64,000 bases of DNA from an uncultured delta proteobacterium. GTDB lineage: Bacteria > Desulfobacterota > Syntrophia > Syntrophales > UBA5619. Each line of letters begins with the position of its first letter. Position 1 is the stretch's first letter. Made by a program: the position numbers and the translations under genes. A model generated the notes under the pieces. The model made no database searches. It was not told the DNA's origin and worked only from the letters and a program-made list of their open reading frames with translations. Positions 1 through 9,296 of this stretch are shown here, piece by piece. The stretch is taken from contig CAWFOM010000008.1 of the NCBI GenBank assembly GCA_963817385.1, forward strand, positions 160,001 to 224,000. Reading direction: 5' to 3'.

Positions 1-1258
1 CCGAGAGATAGAACTCCAGATCATCCGTCCCCTTCTCCGTGAAGGCCGCATCCCCTTCCGGCGGTTCACGGAAGACGACCTCGAAGCGGGAGTTTTCCAT
101 CCTGAGCGTCCGGATCTCGGTCTCAATCGTCTCCTGCAGGGCTTTGGCCACCTCATGCCGCCGTTCGGAAAGAGTGCGCGCAGCCTCCATCAACTTCTCT
201 CTTTCGGCGGCAATGGCCTTGGAAATCGTTTCGCTCTCCTCTTCCACCGAGGCGATATTCCGGAGTTCAACTTCCGCTTCGTCCTGTTTTGCGAGGACCG
301 CCTCAAGCGTTCCCCCGTATTTCCGTTTCAGACGACCCAGAAGTTCCAGCCGCTCTTCGAGGGCCTCCCTGCGGCCCGGGTCGAAGGAAAGATGTTTCGC
401 ATAGTCGCGAAGGGCAAAGGCGGCCTCCTCGATCCGGTAATAGAGCTCGTCCATCTCCTCGGCGGCAAGCTTGCAGGACGGGTCGATCTTCCGGATCTCC
501 TTCAGGGCGGAGCCGGCATTGCGGAACTCCGCCAACACGGAGTTGCCCTTCCCGTAGAGGGTCTCATAGGCCGCCTCTGCGAGATCGGTCAGTTTCTGAA
601 CGTTGGCGAGGATCTTCTTCTCTTCCAACAGCGCAGCATCCTCACCCGCCCGTACGTCTGCCTGTGATATCTCCCCGATCTGAAAACGGAGCAGGTCCTC
701 GCGCTCCTCCTTTTTTTTCCGGAGCTCCTGAAGCTCACGGAATCTCATATTGAGCGAACGGTACCGGTCATGCGATTCCCGGTACGCCGACCGGAGCGGC
801 AGGAGTCCGCCGAACTCGTCAAGGATATCCGCGTGATTTTCCGGGTCCAAAATCATCTGGTGCTCGTGCTGCCCGCAGATATTGATCAGCGATTCGCCGA
901 GCGCCGCGAGCGATGTCAGGGAGACCAGAGCGCCGTTGATGTATACCCGGTTCTTGCCGGATCGCGATACGACCCTGCGGACGATGAGTTCCTCACCGTC
1001 GCCGAATCCGATTTCGCTGATCCTTCTTCTCAACCCGTCCTGTTCCCGGATGGTAAAGAGCGCCTCCACGACCGCCGCATCCTCGAAGGAGCGGATCATG
1101 TCGGCATTCGCCCTCTCGCCTAAAAGAAGGCCCACGGCGCCGATGATGATCGATTTCCCGGCGCCGGTCTCCCCGGAGATGATGTTGAGACCCCCGTCGA
1201 AGGTGACCTTCAATTCATCGATGATGGCAAAATTCCGGATGTTCAGTTCCGTCAGCAT
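1..1258 (-). CDS. recN: DNA repair protein RecN (3' end outside window)
   Basis: Manual minus-strand translation from ATG 1258: MLTELNIRNFAIIDELKVTFDGGLNIISGETGAGKSIII (Walker A), GQHEHQ Q-loop, coiled coil; absent from ORF track because it runs off the window. Confidence 0.95.
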   Translation of the reverse strand, partial: MLTELNIRNFAIIDELKVTFDGGLNIISGETGAGKSIIIGAVGLLLGERANADMIRSFEDAAVVEALFTIREQDGLRRRISEIGFGDGEELIVRRVVSRSGKNRVYINGALVSLTSLAALGESLINICGQHEHQMILDPENHADILDEFGGLLPLRSAYRESHDRYRSLNMRFRELQELRKKKEEREDLLRFQIGEISQADVRAGEDAALLEEKKILANVQKLTDLAEAAYETLYGKGNSVLAEFRNAGSALKEIRKIDPSCKLAAEEMDELYYRIEEAAFALRDYAKHLSFDPGRREALEERLELLGRLKRKYGGTLEAVLAKQDEAEVELRNIASVEEESETISKAIAAEREKLMEAARTLSERRHEVAKALQETIETEIRTLRMENSRFEVVFREPPEGDAAFTEKGTDDLEFYLS

Positions 1259-2144
1259 CTTGCCTCTTCCTGGCGGCCCCCGTCTGAGAACCGCCCCATC
1301 CCAGTTTCGTTCTCAATATCTCCAGATAGCCCCGGTGGGGGGAGGAGACCAGGGTGGTGATACAGCGCGATTTCCGGATCGTGATGGTATCTCCGGATTT
1401 TACGGTAAACGAAACCTGTCCGTCGAGGGTCACGGTCGCCCCCTCTTCCAGGGTCCACAACGTCACCTTGATCTCCACTCCCTCCGGCAGGATGATGGGC
1501 CGGTTGGTCAGGGTATGGGGACAGATTGGGTTGATGATGATCGAATAGAGTTCGGGAAAAACGATGGGCCCACCCGCCGCTAGTGAATAGGCCGTCGAGC
1601 CGGTCGGCGTCGCGATGATGAGGCCGTCGGCCTTGAAGGTGGTCAAATAACGGTCGTCAACGGTCGTTTCGAGCTCCACGATCCGGGAGAGATTGCCCCG
1701 GTTGATGACGACATCGTTGAGAACCGTTCCATCCCGGTGCGAGTCCTCTCCTCCGTTGATCTCCACATCGAGCATCATTCTCTTTTCGATCTGGAAATCC
1801 CCCGCGAGGATCAACTCCAGGGCGCTGTACATCTCGCCCAGGTTCACCTCGGTCAGATAACCGAATACGCCGAGATTGATCCCCACGATGGGTACATCCC
1901 GGTCCTGGACCAGGCGGGCCGTCCTGAGGATGGTGCCGTCCCCTCCGAACACGACCAGCAGGTCCACCAGCGAACCGAGTTTCCCTCTCTCCACGCCGTG
2001 AGGGGCGCCGATCTTCGCGGCGATCCCCTCCTCCAGATACACCTCGAGCCCGCGGGCCACCATCCAGTCGCGGAGCTGGGCGGTGCAGGCAGGCGATTTT
2101 TCCTTGGCGATATTGGCGATGATTCCTACTTTTTTTATAAGCAT
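1215..2144 (-). CDS. nadK: NAD kinase
   Basis: GGDGT, NDVV, DGLIIATPTGSTAYSLAAGG motifs; usual position upstream of recN. Confidence 0.95.
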   Translation of the reverse strand: MLIKKVGIIANIAKEKSPACTAQLRDWMVARGLEVYLEEGIAAKIGAPHGVERGKLGSLVDLLVVFGGDGTILRTARLVQDRDVPIVGINLGVFGYLTEVNLGEMYSALELILAGDFQIEKRMMLDVEINGGEDSHRDGTVLNDVVINRGNLSRIVELETTVDDRYLTTFKADGLIIATPTGSTAYSLAAGGPIVFPELYSIIINPICPHTLTNRPIILPEGVEIKVTLWTLEEGATVTLDGQVSFTVKSGDTITIRKSRCITTLVSSPHRGYLEILRTKLGWGGSQTGAARKRQDADGTEHPEFCHHR

Positions 2145-2354
2145 CTAAGCACCTTACAGATAATTTGCAGACATCTACTACCATAAATAATTCCGGGTGT
2201 CCATGCGTATCATGCAATCGTGCCGCAAAATGGATGATACTGGAGCCGGCTGCTCCGTCTCGACAAGGGCAGCCGGCCAGGGCTACGTCATGGTTGACAC
2301 TATGTGACTGATTCAGCTGGAAGATGGTTCCTGAGTGAACGTTGTGGAATTCCT

Positions 2355-2455
2355 GTGGTGCCCGTCTTGGCGAGGGGAAGCGCCCGCGAAGCGGCCAATT
2401 TCGCACTGTCTGAGCCCGAAGGGCGAGTTTGGAAATTGGAGCGCACGGGATCATC
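2355..2455. repeat. Probable REP/MITE-like palindromic intergenic element
   Basis: Nested inverted segments (ccaattt...aaattgg; gcccgaagggc); resembles short repeats recalled from related genomes; single copy in window. Confidence 0.35.
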
Positions 2456-2551
2456 TTTCAGCCGAATTTAACGGGACTTTGGGCAGCCAGCCATATACCT
2501 TGACAGTTCCCGGTACATTGGGTTAGTGTCGCCCCTTCCAAGGAGGCTCAC

Positions 2552-3148
2552 ATGGGTATACGAAAAGGAACTCTCTCATTCGCACGGTATCGTCTGATCG
2601 GCAACCTGCCCGACCATTTTCCCGATTTCTTCAATGAACGGATCCGGAAGAACGCTTTTGAGACGGTCTGGCGCACCGCGGATGAAAAGGCGACGGGCTG
2701 GACCGGACTGGAAGATCCCCTGGATACGGATTTCCCGTATGCCTCCTACGCCCAGGGACGCTACCTGCTCTTTTCGCTCCGCATCGACCGGAAGTCGATC
2801 GCGCCGGCCCTGCTCAGGCTCCGGATCATGGAGGCCGAGAGGAAGAAGCTTTTGGAAACCGGCCAGAAAAAGCTCTACCGGGAGCAGCGGGAGGCGATCC
2901 GGGAGGCGATGCGCCTCGAACTTCTCGGGAGGACCCTGCCCATCCCCTCTTTTTTCGAAATCTGCTGGTCCGTAACCGACAATACGCTGATCTTCTGTTC
3001 TCTCTCCGACAAGGTGTTTGAAGAGCTCCGGGAGCTCTTCCGGGACTCCTTTGGGCTCACGCTCAGCCCTCATGTGCCCTGGGATGCCGCAAGCGCCGAC
3101 GGCAGGCCAGACCGCCGCAGAGCGGCCAAGGCGACCCGGCGCCGTTGA
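2552..3148 (+). CDS. rdgC: RdgC-family protein (N-terminal-half-like)
   Basis: GW..LEDPLDTDF and FSLRIDRKSIAPALL match RdgC N-terminal region; aaggagg RBS. Confidence 0.7.
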   Translation: MGIRKGTLSFARYRLIGNLPDHFPDFFNERIRKNAFETVWRTADEKATGWTGLEDPLDTDFPYASYAQGRYLLFSLRIDRKSIAPALLRLRIMEAERKKLLETGQKKLYREQREAIREAMRLELLGRTLPIPSFFEICWSVTDNTLIFCSLSDKVFEELRELFRDSFGLTLSPHVPWDAASADGRPDRRRAAKATRRR

Positions 3149-3666
3149 TGCCGCCCGGTATCGATCCCCTGACCATCGGCCGGGAATTCCTCACCTGGCT
3201 CTGGTTCAAGAGCGAGGAGAGAAACGGGACGGTCCTGATCCCCGGTGCGGGCGAAAGCGAGGTCGTTTTCATCAGGCGCCTGGTCCTTGAATCGGGAGAC
3301 GGAGAGTACGCCGAAACCGTCGTCTGTCAGGGAATGCACGCCGATCTGAAAGAGGGCAAGGAGGCCCTGCGGCAGGGAAAGAAGATCACGGCGGCGCGTC
3401 TCCGCGTCGCCCACGACAAGACGGAATGGGAATTCACCTTCAAGGCGGACCGGTTCCACTTCCAGTCCATGAAGCTGCCGACGCTTCCGGAAAACGACGG
3501 GGAAGAGGTCGACCGCGAGGGGCAGCTCCTCGAGCGGGTCTACCTGATCGAGAAGGCCGCGGGACTGATGGATCTGCTCTTCCAACTCTTCCTCAAAATC
3601 AGGCTCTCGGGGGATTGGGGAACGGAACAGACCCGCATGCAGAAATGGATCTCCCCGGCCATCTGA
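3145..3666 (+). CDS. RdgC-related conserved protein (C-terminal-half-like)
   Basis: GREFLTWLWFKSE and EGKEALRQGKKIT motifs; coupled to upstream gene. Confidence 0.65.
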   Translation: MMPPGIDPLTIGREFLTWLWFKSEERNGTVLIPGAGESEVVFIRRLVLESGDGEYAETVVCQGMHADLKEGKEALRQGKKITAARLRVAHDKTEWEFTFKADRFHFQSMKLPTLPENDGEEVDREGQLLERVYLIEKAAGLMDLLFQLFLKIRLSGDWGTEQTRMQKWISPAI

Positions 3667-3739
3667 TCCGCCGGCACGCCATGGCGGCGGCGGGGCCGAG
3701 ACGCTCCCGGCATCGTCCGAATCCCGTTCCCCTGCTTCC

Positions 3740-4712
3740 CTAAGAAGCATACACGCCGGCTGCCAAGGCCCCCGAGCAGGAGGATCCCGATCCCGCCGTG
3801 CAGCCGAAACAGTGGAGGCCCGTCACAATCGCGCCGTTTGTCGAGCCGGGCGGGATCGAACGCCTCGATCCGCCGGGGTGCGCCGTGGTTGACCGCCCTG
3901 CTCAGGGCCAGGTTGAAATCGCAGTCATAGAGGGTCCCGTCCCAGTCGACGCTGATCTGGCGGCGGCACATGAGGTGCGGCAGCGTGGCCGGATTGAAGG
4001 CTTCCCGGAGGGTCTTGAGGTACGCATCCAGTTCGCCCTCGGCTTCCAGGCGCCGCCGGAACCGGCCGAGCGGCATGTTCGCCAGGACGATCAGGCGGCT
4101 GAAGGAAATGCCGAAACGGCTTTTGAGCTCCTCCCGGTAGATCCTTTCCAGCTCCGGCTGTGACGGAGGGAGCGATGCATCGCCGGGGTTGTATACCAGG
4201 ATCAGCGTCACCCCCCCTTCGACGCCGAAGCCCGCCCCGTTCAAAAGGCGGATTGCCGCGATACTCTTTTCGTACACCCCTTCGCCCCGCTGGGCGGCGA
4301 CATTCTCCTTCAGGTAGCAGGGAAGCGAACCGACCATGGCCACACGGCGGGCGCGGAGAAGGGGGATCATCTCCGCCATGGACGGCGCCAGCAGGGTCGT
4401 CAGGTTGGTCCGAACCTGAAGGTGATGGCCCTGGGAGGAGAGCTCCTCCAGAAAAAAACGGAACCGGGGGTGGAGTTCGGGTGCACCGCCGGTGATATCG
4501 ATCAGCCGGAAAGCGCTCCTTCCGGTCAGCGCGAGAAGATCCGTCATCACGTCCTCCGGCATCTGTTCCTGCCGCAGGGGGGAACACTCCAGATGGCAGT
4601 GGTTGCAGGCGAGGTTGCATGTCCGCCCCAGGTTGACCTGGAGGGTGCTGATCCCCTCGCTGAGGAGCCCCTCCGGAAGGACGGACCTGACCGTCATGTC
4701 AAATTCATTCAT
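3740..4712 (-). CDS. arsS: ArsS-like radical SAM protein (arsenosugar biosynthesis family, DUF3641 C-terminus); frameshift near 3832
   Basis: CNLACNHCH motif, LMCRRQISVDWDGTLYDCDFN; family C-terminus IVTGLHCFGCTAGSGSSCSGAL continues in another frame to TAG at 3740-3742. Confidence 0.85.
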
Positions 4713-5414
4713 TTTCCCGATGCCTTCTCCCGATCACTGGCAGTATGTTCATCCTGTGCACCGGCGCCGATCTTGCGGAAACGGGGTTTCAGGACCATGA
4801 CCAGCAGCAGGGCAACGGCGGCGACGGCAATCCCCAGAAGGAGGCCCCGGATATTCCCCTGCAGGACGAGGGCACTTAAGCGAACTGCCGAAGGCAACAA
4901 AGGCGATGCACGCCGGCAACATGAAAACGAACGTGCTCCAGAGGTAATGTCCGAAGGGAATGGGGGTGAGTCCGAAGAGGTAATTAACGACGTTGAAGGG
5001 AAAGACAGGAATCAGCCGCACAAAGGCGACAGCCCGCCAGCCGTGCTTTGCAACGTTCTCTTCCAGCCATCGCCACCTCGAGGCGGCGACCCTCTTGCGA
5101 ACCATGTCGCCGAGGAGGTAGCGCGCCAGGAAGAAGGAGAGGGATGCCCCGGCGGTCGCTCCGGTGATGGCAAAGACGACTCCCCAGACGGGCCCCCAGA
5201 GGAAGCCCGCCGCCAGGCTCAGGGGTATGCCGGGGAGAAGCACCGCCGGCGCGAGGGTATAGATGAGCATGAAGATAAGCGGGGCCGCCACCGGGTATGC
5301 CTTGAGCAGGGTCAGGAGCGCGTCCGTGGTAAAGAGTCCCTGCTGCCGGAGGGCCAGCCCTGCTCCGATGAGGATCAAGACAATGAAGCCGACCGCGAAT
5401 TTGCCTTTTTTCAT
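4709..5414 (-). CDS. TVP38/TMEM64 (DedA/VTT) membrane protein; frameshift near 4876
   Basis: LSLAAGFLWGPVWG, RLIPVFPFNVVNYLFGLT; last TM helix lies in ORF 4709..4900. Confidence 0.85.
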
Positions 5415-5549
5415 ATGCAACCCCAGCGCAAGCAACTCCCCGGTTCAACCACTGCCTCGGGGGATTGATCGTTACCGGCTACCGCTGAGAGCCTCTCATA
5501 CTGATTCCGTACTGATTCCGGGGGAGAATTTCCCGATCATGCACAATGC

Positions 5550-6800
5550 TCAGATGCAAATCCGTTTTCTTTCCCGTTCGATCATGGCGGCAAACCGTAT
5601 CATCCCTTCTTCGACTTCTTCGGGGGCGATCATGCTGAAACTGGCCCGCATACAGTTCTTCAGGCCGCTGCCCGTCGAAAAGGCGCTCCCGGGAATCAGA
5701 AGAACGCCCAGTTCCATGCCGTCCGTCTCCATCATGCGTCCCGCATCAAAGCTTTCGGGCATTTCAAACCAGATGAACATGCCTTCGGCCGGGATTGCAT
5801 AGCGGATGTCGGCAGGGAGGTGTCTGCGGGCAGCCGCCAGGACGGCATCACGGTTCCGCCGGTAGATGCCGCAGTTCTCCCGGATCAACGCGCGGAATTC
5901 TTCATGGGTATGGGTGGCAAAGAAGCCGCTCAGGAGCGATTGGTCCATGGCGCTCGTATGCAGGTTGGATCCCTGCTTGTAGAGCTGGAAATAACCGATG
6001 ATCTCGGCGGGGCCGGAGGCGTATCCGAGACGCAATCCCGGGGCGAATATCTTGGAAAAACTGTCCAGCCGGACAACCCGATCCTCGCGGTCCATGGATT
6101 GCAGCGTGGGAATCGGATCCCGATCCTCGAGCTGGACAAGCTGATAGGGGTCATCCTCCAGGATCAGCAGATCATAGCGTGCGGCAATCTGCAAGAGATG
6201 CCTGCGGCGTTCCAGTGAGAGGGAGACGCCGGCCGGATTGTGGCCGTTGGGAACCTCGTAAATGAATTTCGGCAGACGTTCTCCCGCCGCTTTTCTCTTC
6301 GCGAGGAGCTTTTCCAGCTCGGTCGTGATCATCCCCTGCGCGTCAAGGGGAACCGGGATGAACCGCTCCGTAAAGGCGCGAAAGGCGCCCAGCGCTCCGG
6401 GATAAACCGGTTCCGACAGGGCGACGCAGTCATCCGCATCCAGGAAGAGATAGGCCATGGTGTGCAGCCCCTCCTGTGCGCCGTTGAGCACCTGGATCTG
6501 ATCCCCCTTCAATTCCACGCCGTCTTTGGCGGCATGCCACTTGATGAGATGGGGTTTCAGCTCGGCATTGGCGTCGGTCGGACCGTACTGGCAGGCGAGA
6601 TCCATGGATTTATCCCTGATGGTAAATTGCCGGCCGCTTTTGAAAACCACGTCGAGCGATGAAATGGCGAACGTGTGCGCATTCGGGTAGCCGCCTCCCA
6701 GAGAGATCATGCCGGGCATTCGCATGAGCGGGTTCAGCTTGCGGATCGGAGACGGCTTCATCCCCCTCGTCCGCTTTGCCAGTAACGGTTGGATATTCAT
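5550..6800 (-). CDS. PLP-dependent aminotransferase class I/II (LysN/ARO8-like)
   Basis: ISLGGGYP, NPAG, EDDPY, SFSKIFAPGLRLG. Confidence 0.92.
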   Translation of the reverse strand: MNIQPLLAKRTRGMKPSPIRKLNPLMRMPGMISLGGGYPNAHTFAISSLDVVFKSGRQFTIRDKSMDLACQYGPTDANAELKPHLIKWHAAKDGVELKGDQIQVLNGAQEGLHTMAYLFLDADDCVALSEPVYPGALGAFRAFTERFIPVPLDAQGMITTELEKLLAKRKAAGERLPKFIYEVPNGHNPAGVSLSLERRRHLLQIAARYDLLILEDDPYQLVQLEDRDPIPTLQSMDREDRVVRLDSFSKIFAPGLRLGYASGPAEIIGYFQLYKQGSNLHTSAMDQSLLSGFFATHTHEEFRALIRENCGIYRRNRDAVLAAARRHLPADIRYAIPAEGMFIWFEMPESFDAGRMMETDGMELGVLLIPGSAFSTGSGLKNCMRASFSMIAPEEVEEGMIRFAAMIERERKRICI

Positions 6801-6968
6801 GAAATCCTCCTTGGCATCAGGTGATAAATGGACACATTAACAAAGCGTTTTCTCACTACACGTTCTGCAAACTTAACACAACTCCTTTTCCCGATAAACC
6901 TCGAACATGGGCAACCGGCAACGAGAAAAGGCGGATGATCCTTCCGATACGACCCGGGGAGAAACTTC

Positions 6969-6997
6969 TTGACATACAAAACCGGTCTTCGTATCCT
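6969..6997 (+). promoter_or_regulatory. Sigma70-type promoter for ferritin-like gene
   Basis: TTGACA-N17-TATCCT; perfect palindrome AAGAACGTTCTT at 7010-7021 just downstream. Confidence 0.6.
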
Positions 6998-7151
6998 CTT
7001 TCAGCGCAAAAGAACGTTCTTATCGTGCTGACTGCGGTTCGCTTCCCGGCATGTGACAGCAAGAGAAACATTACCACGTATCACCGGATGAAGCAGCAGT
7101 CTTTTTACTGAGAGACGCCATTGCGAACGCAGAGCGTAAGGAGGAAAGACC

Positions 7152-7626
7152 ATGGGTGAAGGCGATAGCTGCTATACGTTCGACGCGGCCATGGAACTGG
7201 CCATTAAGATGGAGGAAGTGTCTTTCCGTCACTATCTGGAGGCGATCCGCATGGTAAAAAACAAAAATGCCCGGGAGATTCTCCGGGGTTTCGCGATCGA
7301 TGAGCTGGAACATAAACACAGCATAGAACGGGCTCTGCTGGACGGACGCATGGGTGATGAACGGGACATGAAACGTCCCGTCACCACGATGGGCCTGGAT
7401 TACGTGCTGGAAAAAAAGGTGCTGCGTCCCGATTCCGATATCCGGGAAGTCATGGCATACGCGATTCACCTGGAGAAGGAGGCCGTTGATTTTTATCGCC
7501 GGATGTCCGAGGGATGTGCAGGAGCGCCCATGGCCGGCATCTTCACAGATGCTTCTGGTTGATGAACATCGTCACATACAGGCCATAGAAGAGCTGTATG
7601 AGGCCAATTTCCTCACCGATAATTAA
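7152..7626 (+). CDS. Rubrerythrin/ferritin-like diiron protein; frameshift near 7545
   Basis: AIKMEE..HY, DELEH, AIHLEKEAVDFY; final DEHRH helix in shifted frame, stop TAA 7624-7626; aaggagg RBS. Confidence 0.85.
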
Positions 7627-7649
7627 GCCAATCTCACCCTTTCGGGATC

Positions 7650-7841
7650 AGGTATTGCCGGAACCATTGAGCGGCAACCTCAAGTTCTTCGACAGAAAAA
7701 TGTCGAGGCGAACCCAGTTGCACACTCGCCGAACACCGACCTCGGCGAAGCCGAGGACGACGGCATTCGGATCATGTGCGTAATCCTGCAGCTTATCGGC
7801 AAGGTGTTGGCCGGCCATTGATCGGTCTTTGAAGCGGACAT
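7650..7841 (-). pseudogene. Phosphoribosyltransferase 5' remnant
   Basis: FKDRSMAGQHLADKLQDYAHDPNAVVLG resembles the F.DR..AG..LA..L...VVLGLPRGG N-terminus; RBS and ATG 7841 out of frame; truncated. Confidence 0.6.
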
Positions 7842-7934
7842 GCTTTCGTCTCCTCATCGTCTCGATGTATTCATTGAAGCCCCCTGCGGCATGCCGCGGA
7901 GGATCAACGCGGTCCGTGATAAGCAGTTGCGGTC

Positions 7935-8048
7935 TTACGGGGGAATATCGTATTGAAGAATCTTTTGAGTTCTTCCCACGATTGCTTGTCCGCTTCAGCA
8001 TTGTATCCAAGCGGCAATTTGAATTTTTTGGCATACCGGTCGGCATAT
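7935..8048 (-). pseudogene. Dienelactone hydrolase 3' remnant
   Basis: ADRYAKKFKLPLGYNAEADKQSWEELKRFF resembles the DLH C-terminus; no upstream portion. Confidence 0.6.
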
Positions 8049-8465
8049 TGGATTCGTGAAGCTGTGCATCGCGCGGGGATAGGAGATGAATTGGTTTTCT
8101 CAATTTGATTCGTGGGTTTCCTACTGTATTCACATCCTCCTTCACCCGTGCAAAGATTGAAATGCTGGCGTATGATATTTCCATCATATAAAAATTGTAA
8201 ATATTCTAGATAGTAAGAAACCATTTCAATCACCTTGCGGGTCAATAACGAATATACCTATGAAGGAAATATCCTTCGTGACTCCATCCGTCCAGTCCAT
8301 CCATCTCGTTAAAATACCTTTAATATCGAATTGATACGCTTGCCGAAATGAGGATGGTACGAATTTTGTAGAACTAAACAGCATGAGCGCCAATAACAAA
8401 ATGAGCATCACCGCAGAATTTGAAATCCGGAAATTTCCCCGAAGTGATCTTATGGAGGAGGAGAG

Positions 8466-8672
8466 ATGATTTTAATGATTGTTTTATTGCTTGTGATTTT
8501 AAGCATTTTTTTCATTATGTGCCTTCTCAGGATAGGAAGAGGGGCTGGCCGTAAGATGGAATCATTACTTATTGATAGCCTAGATGATCTACAGGAAGTC
8601 CATACTTTTTGCGCTTTACCTCAGCGTACTAAGGACAGAATTGCAAACATGGGTATCCCCGCAACGCAGTAA
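8466..8672 (+). CDS. Small single-pass membrane protein, unknown function (68 aa)
   Basis: Strong RBS ggaggaggagag; about 21 hydrophobic N-terminal residues followed by basic residues. Confidence 0.5.
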   Translation: MILMIVLLLVILSIFFIMCLLRIGRGAGRKMESLLIDSLDDLQEVHTFCALPQRTKDRIANMGIPATQ

Positions 8673-9296
8673 GAACCCGTTGTAATCCAATGTTTCATGA
8701 TCTTAAATGCATGATCAATTGAGGATCGTTCGAGTTTCCGGCTAGCAAGACTTCTCCAAGCAAATTTTCCATGGGTTATAGAGTTTCTACCGCTTCAATC
8801 CCCGTTCTTTCATCTTGATGGTCGACGGGAATAATGATAAGGGCCATCTTGTTCAAACATGATCGATCCTTTCTCAAGAGCTTTCAGTCAAACGGCCATG
8901 GAGGAAAACTGCGTTTCTTATGATGCCCGCCGTAACGGAATGGGGCATCATAACTTCGATGAATGGTCTTCGGCGGCAAGTCTCTCTTCATGAGTAGCTT
9001 ATCCCTATCAATGTCCCTCCATTTAATTCTCATTGTTTTCTTCAGGTAACTACACTAATTGCTAAGTAAAAGGAAACAATCTGTCTTTACGCGCGTCTGC
9101 ATCCGGCAGTGAGCACCTATTCCGTGGCTTTGCCGCGCGATAGGCGGGAGAATACGAAAGGTCTATTCCTTAAGGACCAAAGGTTCTCCGCAACGTACTC
9201 CGAAATAGCAGAATGGAACGGATATTATCGGATAATAACAGTACATCCTAGAGGGTTACGAACATCCCCGGCTAACGTAAAAAGGAGGTACTCCTA

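Noticed and set aside
1215..1258. 44-bp overlap of nadK and recN
   Set aside because: Non-conserved tail; may be ordinary stop drift or an indel error.
39..2186. Long plus-strand ORFs over recN/nadK, and similar antisense ORFs such as 17319..18539, 58150..59343 and 62341..63642
   Set aside because: Shadow ORFs of well-supported opposite-strand genes in GC-rich DNA, with no recognisable motifs.
5499..5520. Tandem repeat TACTGATTCCG x2
   Set aside because: Two copies with no spacer; not a CRISPR or larger array.
8226..8411. 61-aa minus-strand ORF with hydrophobic start
   Set aside because: No clear RBS or recognisable motif; not supportable.
9068..9145. c-di-GMP-II riboswitch-like start (GGAAACAAT...GAGCACCT)
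   Set aside because: The conserved 3' GTAGTGCAACCG segment and pseudoknot partner are absent.
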